Notes: a model not told the origin generated them from the sequence alone. Positions 35,181 to 42,967 are shown, counted from the first letter of the stretch. The stretch: DNA of 56,121 bases from Parcubacteria group bacterium (GCA_943349395.1 CALQZH010000003.1:3688-59808); one strand, 5' to 3'. Translations and numbers: made by a program.

Positions 35181-36422
35181 TTATTTCTTAGCGAACGAGA
35201 ATAGGATGGCCCGGCTCACGCTGATTGCCGAGAACATGCTCATTATGACTCCGAGGAGCAGGGTGAGCGCGAAGCCCTTCACGAATCCCGTTGTCAGGTA
35301 ATAGAGGACGAGCGAGGTGATGATTGTTGTTATGTTCGAGTCGCGGATGGACGGCCATGCCCGTTTGAATCCCTCCTCGAGCGCGGCGATTCCCGCCAGG
35401 CCCTTGCGCGCCTCTTCCTTGCGCCGCTCGAAGATGAGCACGTTCGCGTCGACGGCCATGCCGATCGAGAGTATGAAGCCCGTGATGCCTGCGAGCGTCA
35501 TCGTGATCCCCACGAGCTTGAAGAGCGCGAGGGATAATACCGAATATATGAGGAGGGCGGATGCGGCGCCGAGGCCCAACCCGCGGTAGTACAGGATCAT
35601 GAAGAGCACGACGAGCGCCATGCCGAAGAGTCCGGCGCGCGCGGTCGCGTGGAGCGAGCTTTCCCCGAGCGATGCTCCGACCGTCGCCTGGCTTATGAGC
35701 TTGATGGGGGCGGGAAGCGCTCCCGCGTTGAAGCGCGCAACGAGCTGTTTCGCTTCCGGCAGGGTGAAATGCCCGGTGATCTGCGCCTTGCCGCCGCTGA
35801 TCTTCTCTTGGACGACCGGCTCAGAAATGAGGTTGTCGTCGAGGAATATCGCGATCGGCTTGCCGACGTTCTCGCTCGTCAGCGTCTCGAACATATCGCC
35901 TCCTTCCTTGTCGAATTGCAGGCTGATCTGCGGCGCGTTCGTCGTGCCGTCGAAGGTGAGCTGTGCGCCTTTGATATAGCGGCCGGTGAGCTTCGTCTGC
36001 TGGTACCCCGTGATTTTCTTGCCGTCGTTGTCGAATTCGCGCGGCAGGCCGAAGTAGAGCGAGGGCGTCGCGCCGATCTGCTCGATGGCTTTCTGCACGT
36101 CCTTAACACCGGCGAGCTCGACGACGAGGCGGGAGGAATTCCCGCTCTTCGCCTCGTATACCTGGGGCTCGCTCACGCCGAAGAGATTCACCCGTTTCTC
36201 GATGACGTCCCGGAGGCCGCTCACGACCGATGCCCGGTCGCTAGCGCTTACCCCCGACAGGTCTATCTCGTAGACGAGGTGGCTGCCGCCGATCAAGTCG
36301 AGGCCGAGCTTCCACGGCCTGAATTTGTAATGGGCGTCGAACAGCTGAGGTGATATGAATATCGCGGCTATCGCCGTCACGATGATAGTTCCCACGAGGA
36401 AAAAATGGGGCGTTTTGTTCAT
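35181..36422 (-). CDS. secD: Protein translocase subunit SecD
   Basis: Start at MNKTPHFFLVG. LGLDLIGG motif and C-terminal six-TM bundle. Confidence 0.9.
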   Translation of the reverse strand: MNKTPHFFLVGTIIVTAIAAIFISPQLFDAHYKFRPWKLGLDLIGGSHLVYEIDLSGVSASDRASVVSGLRDVIEKRVNLFGVSEPQVYEAKSGNSSRLVVELAGVKDVQKAIEQIGATPSLYFGLPREFDNDGKKITGYQQTKLTGRYIKGAQLTFDGTTNAPQISLQFDKEGGDMFETLTSENVGKPIAIFLDDNLISEPVVQEKISGGKAQITGHFTLPEAKQLVARFNAGALPAPIKLISQATVGASLGESSLHATARAGLFGMALVVLFMILYYRGLGLGAASALLIYSVLSLALFKLVGITMTLAGITGFILSIGMAVDANVLIFERRKEEARKGLAGIAALEEGFKRAWPSIRDSNITTIITSLVLYYLTTGFVKGFALTLLLGVIMSMFSAISVSRAILFSFAKK

Positions 36423-36474
36423 TGGGTATGAGGATATCAGGAAATCAATGCCGTCGCAAGATAAAACCGTTGCG

Positions 36475-36545
36475 TGTCCCCACATGGAATCGGACCATGG
36501 TCAATTGCTTAAAAGGCAACTGCTCTACCATTGAGCTATGGGGAC
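36475..36545 (-). tRNA. tRNA-Lys (anticodon TTT)
   Basis: Acceptor GTCCCCA/TGGGGAC, anticodon arm GTTGC-CTTTTAA-GCAAT, T arm CATGG-TCCGATT-CCATG. Confidence 0.85.
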
Positions 36546-36602
36546 ACGCAGCGGCTCTATGCTTAGCGTCTATTGTACGGCATTCCGTGCCTCCTTTCAA
36601 TG

Positions 36603-36629
36603 AAAAAGCCGCGCGGGGGTACGCGCGGC
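36603..36629 (-). terminator. Intrinsic terminator after tRNA-Ala
   Basis: Minus strand GCCGCGCG-UACCCC-CGCGCGGC followed by UUUUUCA. Confidence 0.65.
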
Positions 36630-36715
36630 GTGTACTGGGCGAGGGGCGGGATTTTTTTCCCGCATACCGGGATTGGACCCCGGCGTCCTGTCTTAGACGA
36701 CCCGTCGCCATAGAA

Positions 36716-36788
36716 TGCACTGGAGGGAGTTCGAATCCCCGACCTCCGGATCGCAAACCCGGCGCTCTCCCAACTGAGCTACCAATGC
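36716..36788 (-). tRNA. tRNA-Ala (anticodon TGC) with non-canonical acceptor stem
   Basis: The body is a near-classic tRNA-Ala (GCTCAGTTGGGAGAGCGCC...TTTGCGA...GGAGGTC). The acceptor is GCATTGG/CCAGTGC, giving A3-U70 and U4-G69. Confidence 0.75.
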
Positions 36789-36798
36789 GAATATCAAA

Positions 36799-36935
36799 CC
36801 GGAAACGCATCGTCCGCTTTTCGGGGAAATGTCGAAAACCCCGAGAAGGCAATGCGTTCCGGCACGAAATGGATCATACCGGCAGGAACCTTGCAGTCCC
36901 CTCGGAGCTCCCAGCTCCCCACAAGGCCCTGCCGG
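36799..36935 (-). other. Two stable hairpins in the leader upstream of tRNA-Ala
   Basis: Hairpin 36879-36935 is closed by CCGGCAGG/CCUGCCGG. Hairpin 36799-36862 is closed by CCGGAACGCAU/AUGCGUUUCCGG. Confidence 0.5.
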
Positions 36936-37003
36936 CGCGAAAAAGTGCAAGTTTAAATATTGCCATATCCTTTTTTCGATTACAAGGGGGTTTCTGATTC
37001 TTC

Positions 37004-37693
37004 TTAATCGCTCCGTTTCGACTGGTAGAGGGGCACGATTTCCACATCGCCTTTCTCCTGGGCCCGGATTACGTCGATTACCTTGCCGAATATGTTGAAA
37101 TCGCGCCGCAGGATGATTGGCTTGTGGCTGGGGTCCGAAGAGACCGGCCGCAGGATTACGGCATTGTTCGCGTATTCGATCTTCTTGATCACGGCGAAGC
37201 CGTCGATCACTGCGACCACGAGGTCGTTTTCCATAACCGCCTGGGTCATCTCGACTAGGACATGGTCGCCCTCCCTGATTCCTGCGTCGTTCATGGAGTC
37301 ACCGATCGCCTTGATGCATGCGATGCTTTTCAGGTTCTTGCCGCGCACGAGTTCGTTTGACACGCAGAGATATTCCCCGAAGCTCTCTTCCGCGAACACT
37401 TTCATATTGTCGCAGCCGGCCGAGGCGATGACCGGCACCATGACCGTTTCCGATTCGAAGGTGTCCCCGAGTATGCGGAGCTCGATGCCGCGCTTTTCGT
37501 ACGGCTTTCGGCGGATCAATCCTTTCTTCTCGAGCGATCCGAGATACTGGCTGACCGCGCGCGGCGAGGAGAGCTTTAGGATTTTCGCGAGTTCCGCGAC
37601 TGTGGGCGAGACGGCGTACTTGCCGATATATCCCTTGAGGGCTTCGAAGAATTTTTTCTGCTTCGGCGTGAGAGACGCGGTAGTTGGGTTCAT
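37004..37693 (-). CDS. lexA: LexA repressor
   Basis: N-terminal winged HTH (SPTVAELAKILKLSSPRAVSQYLGSLEKKG) and S24 peptidase motifs GDSM and K (VIKK). Confidence 0.9.
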   Translation of the reverse strand: MNPTTASLTPKQKKFFEALKGYIGKYAVSPTVAELAKILKLSSPRAVSQYLGSLEKKGLIRRKPYEKRGIELRILGDTFESETVMVPVIASAGCDNMKVFAEESFGEYLCVSNELVRGKNLKSIACIKAIGDSMNDAGIREGDHVLVEMTQAVMENDLVVAVIDGFAVIKKIEYANNAVILRPVSSDPSHKPIILRRDFNIFGKVIDVIRAQEKGDVEIVPLYQSKRSD

Positions 37694-37740
37694 GGGCGGA
37701 ATGATTAGTTTATAGTGGTCAGTTATTAGGAATGAAAGCG

Positions 37741-37763
37741 ACGTATATATAGTATATATCCGT
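37741..37763. promoter_or_regulatory. Candidate LexA operator (TA-rich 23-bp palindrome)
   Basis: ACGTATATATA-G-TATATATCCGT has one mismatch between arms and lies 48-70 nt upstream of the lexA ATG. Confidence 0.4.
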
Positions 37764-37853
37764 ATTTGCCGATGTATATACCCATCTTGTGGAGAACTTT
37801 CCTTCTTTTAGAATGATTCTCCAATATCTGATATACTAGAAGTATTCTTATAT

Positions 37854-38399
37854 ATGTCTTTATCCAAGCTTTTCGTATTTAATTGGTGTCCCGCATCGCT
37901 TTTTCTTTTAGCGGGCGTTATCGGCATGGGAATCAATGCCGATATTTATTACGATGTTCTTCAGGATATACAATTTGCGAGTCTTATATTTTTTCCAGCA
38001 GGAGTTATCGGTGCCTGGTTTTGGGGGTATAAATGGTTTCGACAGTTTTCCATTATTATCTTTTCGGCGATTCTCATAGCCTTTTTGAATTATAGGTATG
38101 AGTATCTATATTATTCTCTTTCTCTCGTTATTTTAGCAGTTATGATTTTCGGTATTTTTGACAAAGAAAATCCCTATCTATACAGGAGTCTTTTTAGAAA
38201 TATAAGCTTCCCGTGCATTCTTTTATGGCTCTATATGGCGTATTCGTCTTATGTCGGATGTTTCGGCGGTGGTGCATGTGAGTCCCCCGCTCTTTTGATC
38301 CCCATTTTCTTTTTATTGTTTTGGATTGCCTTGGGATTTATCGTTTGGGCTGTCAAAGCCGCCATCTTTTCCTTAAAAAGAGATGCTTCGGTGATATAA
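37854..38399 (+). CDS. Low-GC polytopic membrane protein, unknown family
   Basis: 181-aa ORF with 5-6 hydrophobic helices, in a markedly AT-rich segment between lexA and the tRNA cluster. Confidence 0.6.
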   Translation: MSLSKLFVFNWCPASLFLLAGVIGMGINADIYYDVLQDIQFASLIFFPAGVIGAWFWGYKWFRQFSIIIFSAILIAFLNYRYEYLYYSLSLVILAVMIFGIFDKENPYLYRSLFRNISFPCILLWLYMAYSSYVGCFGGGACESPALLIPIFFLLFWIALGFIVWAVKAAIFSLKRDASVI

Positions 38400-38403
38400 A
38401 AAA

Positions 38404-38426
38404 AGAGGTCGCGTTGCGCGACCTCT
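38404..38426. terminator. Intrinsic terminator hairpin
   Basis: AGAGGTCGCG-TTG-CGCGACCTCT. Confidence 0.65.
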
Positions 38427-38429
38427 GAA

Positions 38430-38502
38430 AGCCCTCAGCGGGAGTCGAACCCGCGACCCCTATCTTACCAAGATAGCGCTCTGCCGACTGAGCTATGAGA
38501 GC
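38430..38502 (-). tRNA. tRNA-Thr (anticodon GGT)
   Basis: Acceptor GCTCTCA/TGAGGGC, anticodon arm CTATC-TTGGTAA-GATAG, T arm CGGGT region with TTCGACT loop. Confidence 0.85.
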
Positions 38503-38504
38503 AC

Positions 38505-38577
38505 AGCTCTTAAGAGGAGTTGAACCTCACCCCCGCCGTTACCAGTGACGGTGCTCTTCCATTAAGCTATTAAGAGC
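38505..38577 (-). tRNA. tRNA-Thr-like (anticodon GGT by best hand fold), atypical
   Basis: Acceptor GCTCTTA/TAAGAGC and T loop TTCAACT. The anticodon loop reads CTGGTAA only with an A-C mismatch closing the stem and a 4-nt variable loop. The alternative register gives an 8-nt loop. Confidence 0.55.
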
Positions 38578-38585
38578 ATTTAGAT

Positions 38586-38658
38586 CTCCCTCGCCAGGAT
38601 TTGAACCTAGACACCCGGGTTAACAGCCCGATCCTCTACCGATTAAGGATACGAGGGA
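38586..38658 (-). tRNA. tRNA-Asn (anticodon GTT)
   Basis: Acceptor TCCCTCG/CGAGGGA, discriminator G, anticodon arm TCGGG-CTGTTAA-CCCGG. Confidence 0.8.
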
Positions 38659-38669
38659 ATGCTATCGAA

Positions 38670-38735
38670 CACGCCTGAGGGGACTTGAACCCCTTCCGAA
38701 AGGCCTTTGGAAGGCCACCGGCTCCTGCCAGGCGT
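38670..38735 (-). tRNA. tRNA-Trp-like (anticodon CCA) lacking a normal D arm
   Basis: 66 nt. Acceptor ACGCCTG/CAGGCGT, T arm AGGGG-TTCAAGT-CCCCT, anticodon hairpin GGCC-TTCCAAA-GGCC. Only ~11 nt lie between the acceptor and anticodon stems. Confidence 0.45.
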
Positions 38736-38744
38736 AGGAATCGT

Positions 38745-38825
38745 TCGGCATAGCGGGGCTCGAACCCGCATCTCGAGCTTCAGCGCTCGCGCTCTAGTCC
38801 CCTGTAGTTTTTGAGCTATACACCG
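38745..38825 (-). tRNA. tRNA-Phe-like (GAA) with oversized D loop and 6-nt anticodon loop
   Basis: 81 nt. Acceptor CGGTGTA/TATGCCG (2 G-U pairs), T arm GCGGG-TTCGAGC-CCCGC, D stem GCTC/GAGC around 18 nt, anticodon stem CGAGC/GCTCG around GCTGAA. Confidence 0.45.
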
Positions 38826-38837
38826 TATGCGAAAGGA

Positions 38838-38929
38838 GAGTCGGCAGGAAACGTGCGGCTTTTAGCGTAACCGTCGCCGAGGCGGGCCACCGCTCCAAGC
38901 GACGGAGCACAACGGGATCCTGCCGACTC
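38838..38929 (-). ncRNA. 92-nt structured leader RNA upstream of the tRNA cluster
   Basis: A 12-bp perfect closing helix GAGUCGGCAGGA/UCCUGCCGACUC encloses CCGUCGC/GCGACGG and further helices. It lies between the promoter at 38959-38987 and the first tRNA-like gene. Confidence 0.5.
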
Positions 38930-38958
38930 ATCGCATCAATGCAAAAAGACCAGGCTTC

Positions 38959-38987
38959 ACCATATCACTAGGTCTGCATTTTTGCAA
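38959..38987 (-). promoter_or_regulatory. Sigma70-type promoter of the tRNA cluster
   Basis: Minus strand TTGCAA-17 nt-TATGGT. Confidence 0.55.
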
Positions 38988-39081
38988 TCCAAGGCGCCTT
39001 TTTGTAGAAGCAGACTCAAGCGAAGTGCAGGCGCATTGGGATGCGCCGAAGCGGTCTGCTGTGCAGAAAGGCGCCTTGGAT
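38987..39081. other. 95-nt imperfect palindromic hairpin 3' of dnaJ
   Basis: 15-bp outer helix ATCCAAGGCGCCTTT/AAAGGCGCCTTGGAT, 7-bp AGCAGAC/GTCTGCT, apical GGCGCA-TCCCAA-TGCGCC. Confidence 0.6.
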
Positions 39082-39095
39082 CAACTAAATTCCCC

Positions 39096-40202
39096 TTATT
39101 CCAACTCCCCTCTCAGTTCCTCCAAGAGCCGTTTCGCTTCCGCGGTGAGCTTCTTCGGTTTCCTGATCACGAGCTCGATATACAGATTGCCGCGGGCGCG
39201 GCTTCCGAGGCGCGGCATGCCCGCGCTCGGGATCCGTATCGGCTCGCTCACCGCGATGTCGGGCGGCAGGTCGAACGAGTAGGAATCACCCCCGATGCTC
39301 GTCACGTCCAGCTTCCTGTTCGTCATGATGTCGATCAGCGGGACTTCTTTTTTCATGATAAGGTCGCTTCCCTTCCGCTCGAATGTCTTGTGGGGCGCGA
39401 CCGTCACGTGGAGATACAGGTCGCCGGCTTCCGCCCCGCGCGCGCCGCAATTCCCGGCTTTCGCGATCTTCACGATTTGCTCACTTTCGATGCCGGCCAT
39501 GACCGTCACGGAGACCGTTTCTTTTTCCTTCAGGCGCCCTACGCCCGAGCATTTCGCGCAGACCTTGTTCGGGATGCTTCCCGTTCCCGCGCATGCCGCG
39601 CATGCTTTGATATAGATCGAGTTGCCGAAGAATCCCCGGCGCGTTTCGCGGATCTCCCCCTGGCCCGCGCATGCCGCGCATTGCGTTGTCCCCTCCTTCG
39701 GGTCGTGGCCCGCGCCCTTGCAGTCCTTGCAGGCGACGAAGTGCGACACGTTGATATCTTTCACCGTTCCCGAGAATGCCTCCTCGAGCGTTATCCCGAG
39801 CGAGAGCTCGAGATCCTCTCCCCGTTCGTAGGTGCGGCGGCGCCGCTTGATGCCGAGCCCTTCGAAGAAGGCGTCGAAAATCTCTCCCGTGTCGCCGCCC
39901 ATGCCCTCGAACATGCTCGGGTCGAAATTCATATCGAAGCCGAAACCGCCGAAGGGATTCGCTCCCCCGGATCCTCCTTGGCCACCTTCGTTCACGCGGC
40001 CGAAACGGTCGTACTGGCTGCGCTTCTCGCGGTTCGAGAGTACCTGGTACGCCTCGTTGATGGCCTTGAACTGCTCCGCATCCCCTCCTTTCTTGTCGGG
40101 ATGGTGCTGGTGCGCGAGTTTGCGGTAGGCCTTCTTTATGTCTTCCTCGCTCGCGCCGCGTTCGACGCCGAGGATCTTGTAGTAGTCTTTGGAGCTTGCC
40201 AT
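39096..40202 (-). CDS. dnaJ: Molecular chaperone DnaJ
   Basis: J domain with HPD (HHPDKK), G-rich linker, four CxxCxGxG zinc-finger repeats. Confidence 0.95.
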   Translation of the reverse strand: MASSKDYYKILGVERGASEEDIKKAYRKLAHQHHPDKKGGDAEQFKAINEAYQVLSNREKRSQYDRFGRVNEGGQGGSGGANPFGGFGFDMNFDPSMFEGMGGDTGEIFDAFFEGLGIKRRRRTYERGEDLELSLGITLEEAFSGTVKDINVSHFVACKDCKGAGHDPKEGTTQCAACAGQGEIRETRRGFFGNSIYIKACAACAGTGSIPNKVCAKCSGVGRLKEKETVSVTVMAGIESEQIVKIAKAGNCGARGAEAGDLYLHVTVAPHKTFERKGSDLIMKKEVPLIDIMTNRKLDVTSIGGDSYSFDLPPDIAVSEPIRIPSAGMPRLGSRARGNLYIELVIRKPKKLTAEAKRLLEELRGELE

Positions 40203-40218
40203 ATGGGATGAGCCCTCG

Positions 40219-41022
40219 TCATGCGGAGACGATCTCCTTATCCACTTTTTCCGTCCTTATGGTAATGAAATTGATGCGCAAAAGCAATCCGACGACCATC
40301 CATAGGAAGAAGACGATGACGGGTATGAGAAGGCCCGTCAGGCTGTTCACGAGCAGGAATACGATGATGCCGATTCCCACGAGGAGGCCCGCCCGCGCCT
40401 CCTCGGGCACGGTGTCGATTATCTTGCTTATTCCCGCATGGATCGCGGTAATCGCCTTTTCCTTGAGATCAGCTTCGGTTTCGGGCGTTTGCGGCAGGCT
40501 CGTCATCTTCGCGATGAATTTCTGCCCGACGCTCGTCATCACGCTCTGTACCGATTCGGCCACGAGCGAGCGCGGTATGCGGATCGTCTTAGGATCCACG
40601 AGCGACAAGTACGAGGCGATGAGGAGGAAGAGGAGCGCGTGGAGGGAGGAGCGGATGAAGCCCGCCCCCAGTTCACGCAGGCGGATTTGGACCATATTTT
40701 CCACCTCGTATCCCCCCTTCTTCCAGGCCGAGAAGAGCCATGCTCCCGCTATCACGATTCCCAGCATGAACCATGGGGAGAAATGCCCGTTGAACGACAC
40801 GGCGAAGAGCCCGAGGTCGAGGACGATCAGCGCCCCCGATTGCCATGCCTTCTTGATCACGAGCATGCGGAGCGTCACGAGCGCGAGGTATATGAGGGCG
40901 AGAACGGAGGCTATGGTGAGCGCCTTGTAGTCGTTCAGGAGCGCGAACGACGCGAAGAAATATCCCATGAGCGCGGACGTTAAAACGCCCAGCGCGCCTA
41001 TGACGGTCATCTTATAGTCCAT
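40219..41022 (-). CDS. Polytopic membrane protein inserted between dnaK and dnaJ
   Basis: 267-aa ORF with about 7 hydrophobic helices. No family recognised. Confidence 0.65.
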   Translation of the reverse strand: MDYKMTVIGALGVLTSALMGYFFASFALLNDYKALTIASVLALIYLALVTLRMLVIKKAWQSGALIVLDLGLFAVSFNGHFSPWFMLGIVIAGAWLFSAWKKGGYEVENMVQIRLRELGAGFIRSSLHALLFLLIASYLSLVDPKTIRIPRSLVAESVQSVMTSVGQKFIAKMTSLPQTPETEADLKEKAITAIHAGISKIIDTVPEEARAGLLVGIGIIVFLLVNSLTGLLIPVIVFFLWMVVGLLLRINFITIRTEKVDKEIVSA

Positions 41023-41063
41023 CGCTCCAGTATAGCACGGGAGGCGACGGACTTGCCCGGTTT

Positions 41064-42917
41064 CTATTCCTGCGTTTTCGGCCCCTCTGCCGGTTCCGCG
41101 GGCGGGGGCGTTCCTTCTTTCGGCGCGTATTGCGCCGCGATCTTCTGCATTTCGTCCGATAGGGCCGACGCCGCTTTCTTGATCGCCTCTGCATCGCTTC
41201 CCGCGTTCGCCGCCTTTACCGCCTCGATCTTCTCCGTGATCGCCTTTTTCATGTCTTCCGGCACCTTGTCCGCGTGGTCCTTGAGAGACTTTTCCGCGGC
41301 ATAGGCCATGTGCTCCGCCTTGTTCTTCTCGTCGACGAGCTCCTTCTTCGCCTTGTCTTCCTCGGCGTGGGCGGCGGCTTCGGCCTTGAGCTTCTCCACC
41401 TCTTCCTTCGAGAGGTTGCTCGTCGCCTCGATCTTCACCGATTGCGACTTGCCGCTCGCCTTGTCCTTCGCCGACACGTTCAATATGCCGTTCGCGTCGA
41501 TGTCGAAGGTCACTTCGACCTGCGCCGTGCCGCGCGGGCCCGGCGGTATGCCGTCTAGGACGAACCGGCCGAGCGTCTTATTGTCCGCAGCCATCTCGCG
41601 CTCGCCCTGGAGCACGACGATCTCGACCGAGGTCTGGTTGTCCGCGGCCGTGGAGAACGTCTGCGTCTTCGCGGTCGGCACGGTCGTGTTCTTCTCGATG
41701 ATGCGGGTGAAGACGCCGCCCAGGGTCTCGAGGCCTAGGGAAAGCGGCGTGACATCCAAGAGCAGGATATCCTTCACGTCTCCTTGGAGGATGCCCGCTT
41801 GGACTGCCGCGCCGATCGCGACCACTTCGTCGGGGTTGATGCCCTGGTGAGGCTCCTTGCCGAAGGCGGCTTTGACCGCTTCCACGATCTTCGGCATGCG
41901 CGTCTGGCCGCCCACCATTACGATTTCGTCGATCGCGCCTATCTCGAAGCCCGCATCCTTCACCGTCTTCTTCGTCAACTCGACCGACTTCGTTATGAAA
42001 TCCTCCACGAGGCTTTCGAGCTTCGCGCGGGTGAGCTTTACCAGGAAGTGCTTCGGGCCCGCTGCGTCGGACGTGATATAGGGGAGGTTCACTTCGGTTT
42101 CCATCGAGGTCGAGAGCTCGTGCTTGGCGCGCTCGGCCGCCTCCTTGAGGCGCTGGAGCGCGAGCGGATCCTTCGAGATGTCGATGCCGTCGCTTTTGCG
42201 GTATTCCTCGACCAGGTGCTGGATTACGCGCTTGTCGAGGTCATCGCCCCCCAAGTGCGTGTCGCCGCCTGTCGCCTTCACCTCGACCGTGTCGTCGCCC
42301 ACCTCGAGCACGGACACGTCGAACGTGCCGCCACCGAAGTCATACACGACGATCTTTTCGTTCTTCTTGCGGTTCATGCCGTACGCGAGCGCGGCCGCGG
42401 TCGGCTCGTTGATGATGCGGCTCACCTTCAAGCCCGCGATTTCCCCGGCGTTCTTCGTCGCCTGGCGCTGGCTGTCGTCGAAATAGGCGGGTACCGTGAT
42501 TACCGCTTCAGTGACCGTCTCGCCGAGCTTCGCTTCGGCATCGGCTTTCAGCTTCGAGAGGATCATGGCCGATATTTCTTCCGGCGTGTGCCAGGTGTCG
42601 CCGATCTTCACCTCGATGCCGCCCGTCTTCGACGCCTGGATGGCATAGGGGAGCCATTGCTTGTCGCTCTGCACTTCGGCATCGGCGAATTTGCGGCCGA
42701 TCAGGCGCTTCACGGAGAAGATCGTGTTATTGGGGTTCGTGACGGATTGGCGCTTGGCCTGGAGTCGCGCGAGGCGTTCGCCTGCCTTCGATACGGCGAC
42801 GATCGAAGGGGTCGTGCGGTTTCCCTCGGCGTTCTCCAATACGCGGGGTTGGCCCGCTTCCATCACGGCGACTGCCGAGTTCGTGGTTCCCAAGTCTATT
42901 CCTATTATTTTTGCCAT
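41064..42917 (-). CDS. dnaK: Molecular chaperone DnaK (Hsp70)
   Basis: [10 protein letters not shown] and [10 protein letters not shown] motifs. 617 aa. Confidence 0.95.
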   Translation of the reverse strand: MAKIIGIDLGTTNSAVAVMEAGQPRVLENAEGNRTTPSIVAVSKAGERLARLQAKRQSVTNPNNTIFSVKRLIGRKFADAEVQSDKQWLPYAIQASKTGGIEVKIGDTWHTPEEISAMILSKLKADAEAKLGETVTEAVITVPAYFDDSQRQATKNAGEIAGLKVSRIINEPTAAALAYGMNRKKNEKIVVYDFGGGTFDVSVLEVGDDTVEVKATGGDTHLGGDDLDKRVIQHLVEEYRKSDGIDISKDPLALQRLKEAAERAKHELSTSMETEVNLPYITSDAAGPKHFLVKLTRAKLESLVEDFITKSVELTKKTVKDAGFEIGAIDEIVMVGGQTRMPKIVEAVKAAFGKEPHQGINPDEVVAIGAAVQAGILQGDVKDILLLDVTPLSLGLETLGGVFTRIIEKNTTVPTAKTQTFSTAADNQTSVEIVVLQGEREMAADNKTLGRFVLDGIPPGPRGTAQVEVTFDIDANGILNVSAKDKASGKSQSVKIEATSNLSKEEVEKLKAEAAAHAEEDKAKKELVDEKNKAEHMAYAAEKSLKDHADKVPEDMKKAITEKIEAVKAANAGSDAEAIKKAASALSDEMQKIAAQYAPKEGTPPPAEPAEGPKTQE

Positions 42918-42967
42918 ATGCGGAGTTTCTAGTTTTTAGTGGTTAGTGATCAGATGTAACGACGTTT

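Noticed and set aside
36650-36715. tRNA-like string after tRNA-Ala with a T-arm-like CCGGG-GTCCAAT-CCCGG.
   Set aside because: It has no matching 5' acceptor strand and no anticodon arm. I treat it as 3' trailer or spacer before the terminator.
36879-36935. SRP (4.5S) RNA identity for this hairpin, for 38838-38929 and for 23044-23200.
   Set aside because: None contains the conserved domain IV features (GNRA/GGAA tetraloop flanked by the AGCA / GGUCA-type loops).
41784-42932. 382-aa plus-strand ORF. Similar ORFs occur at 38982-40211, 22066-23019 and 23725-24693.
   Set aside because: They are antisense to dnaK, dnaJ, lepA and aspS respectively. They are GC-rich antisense artefacts.
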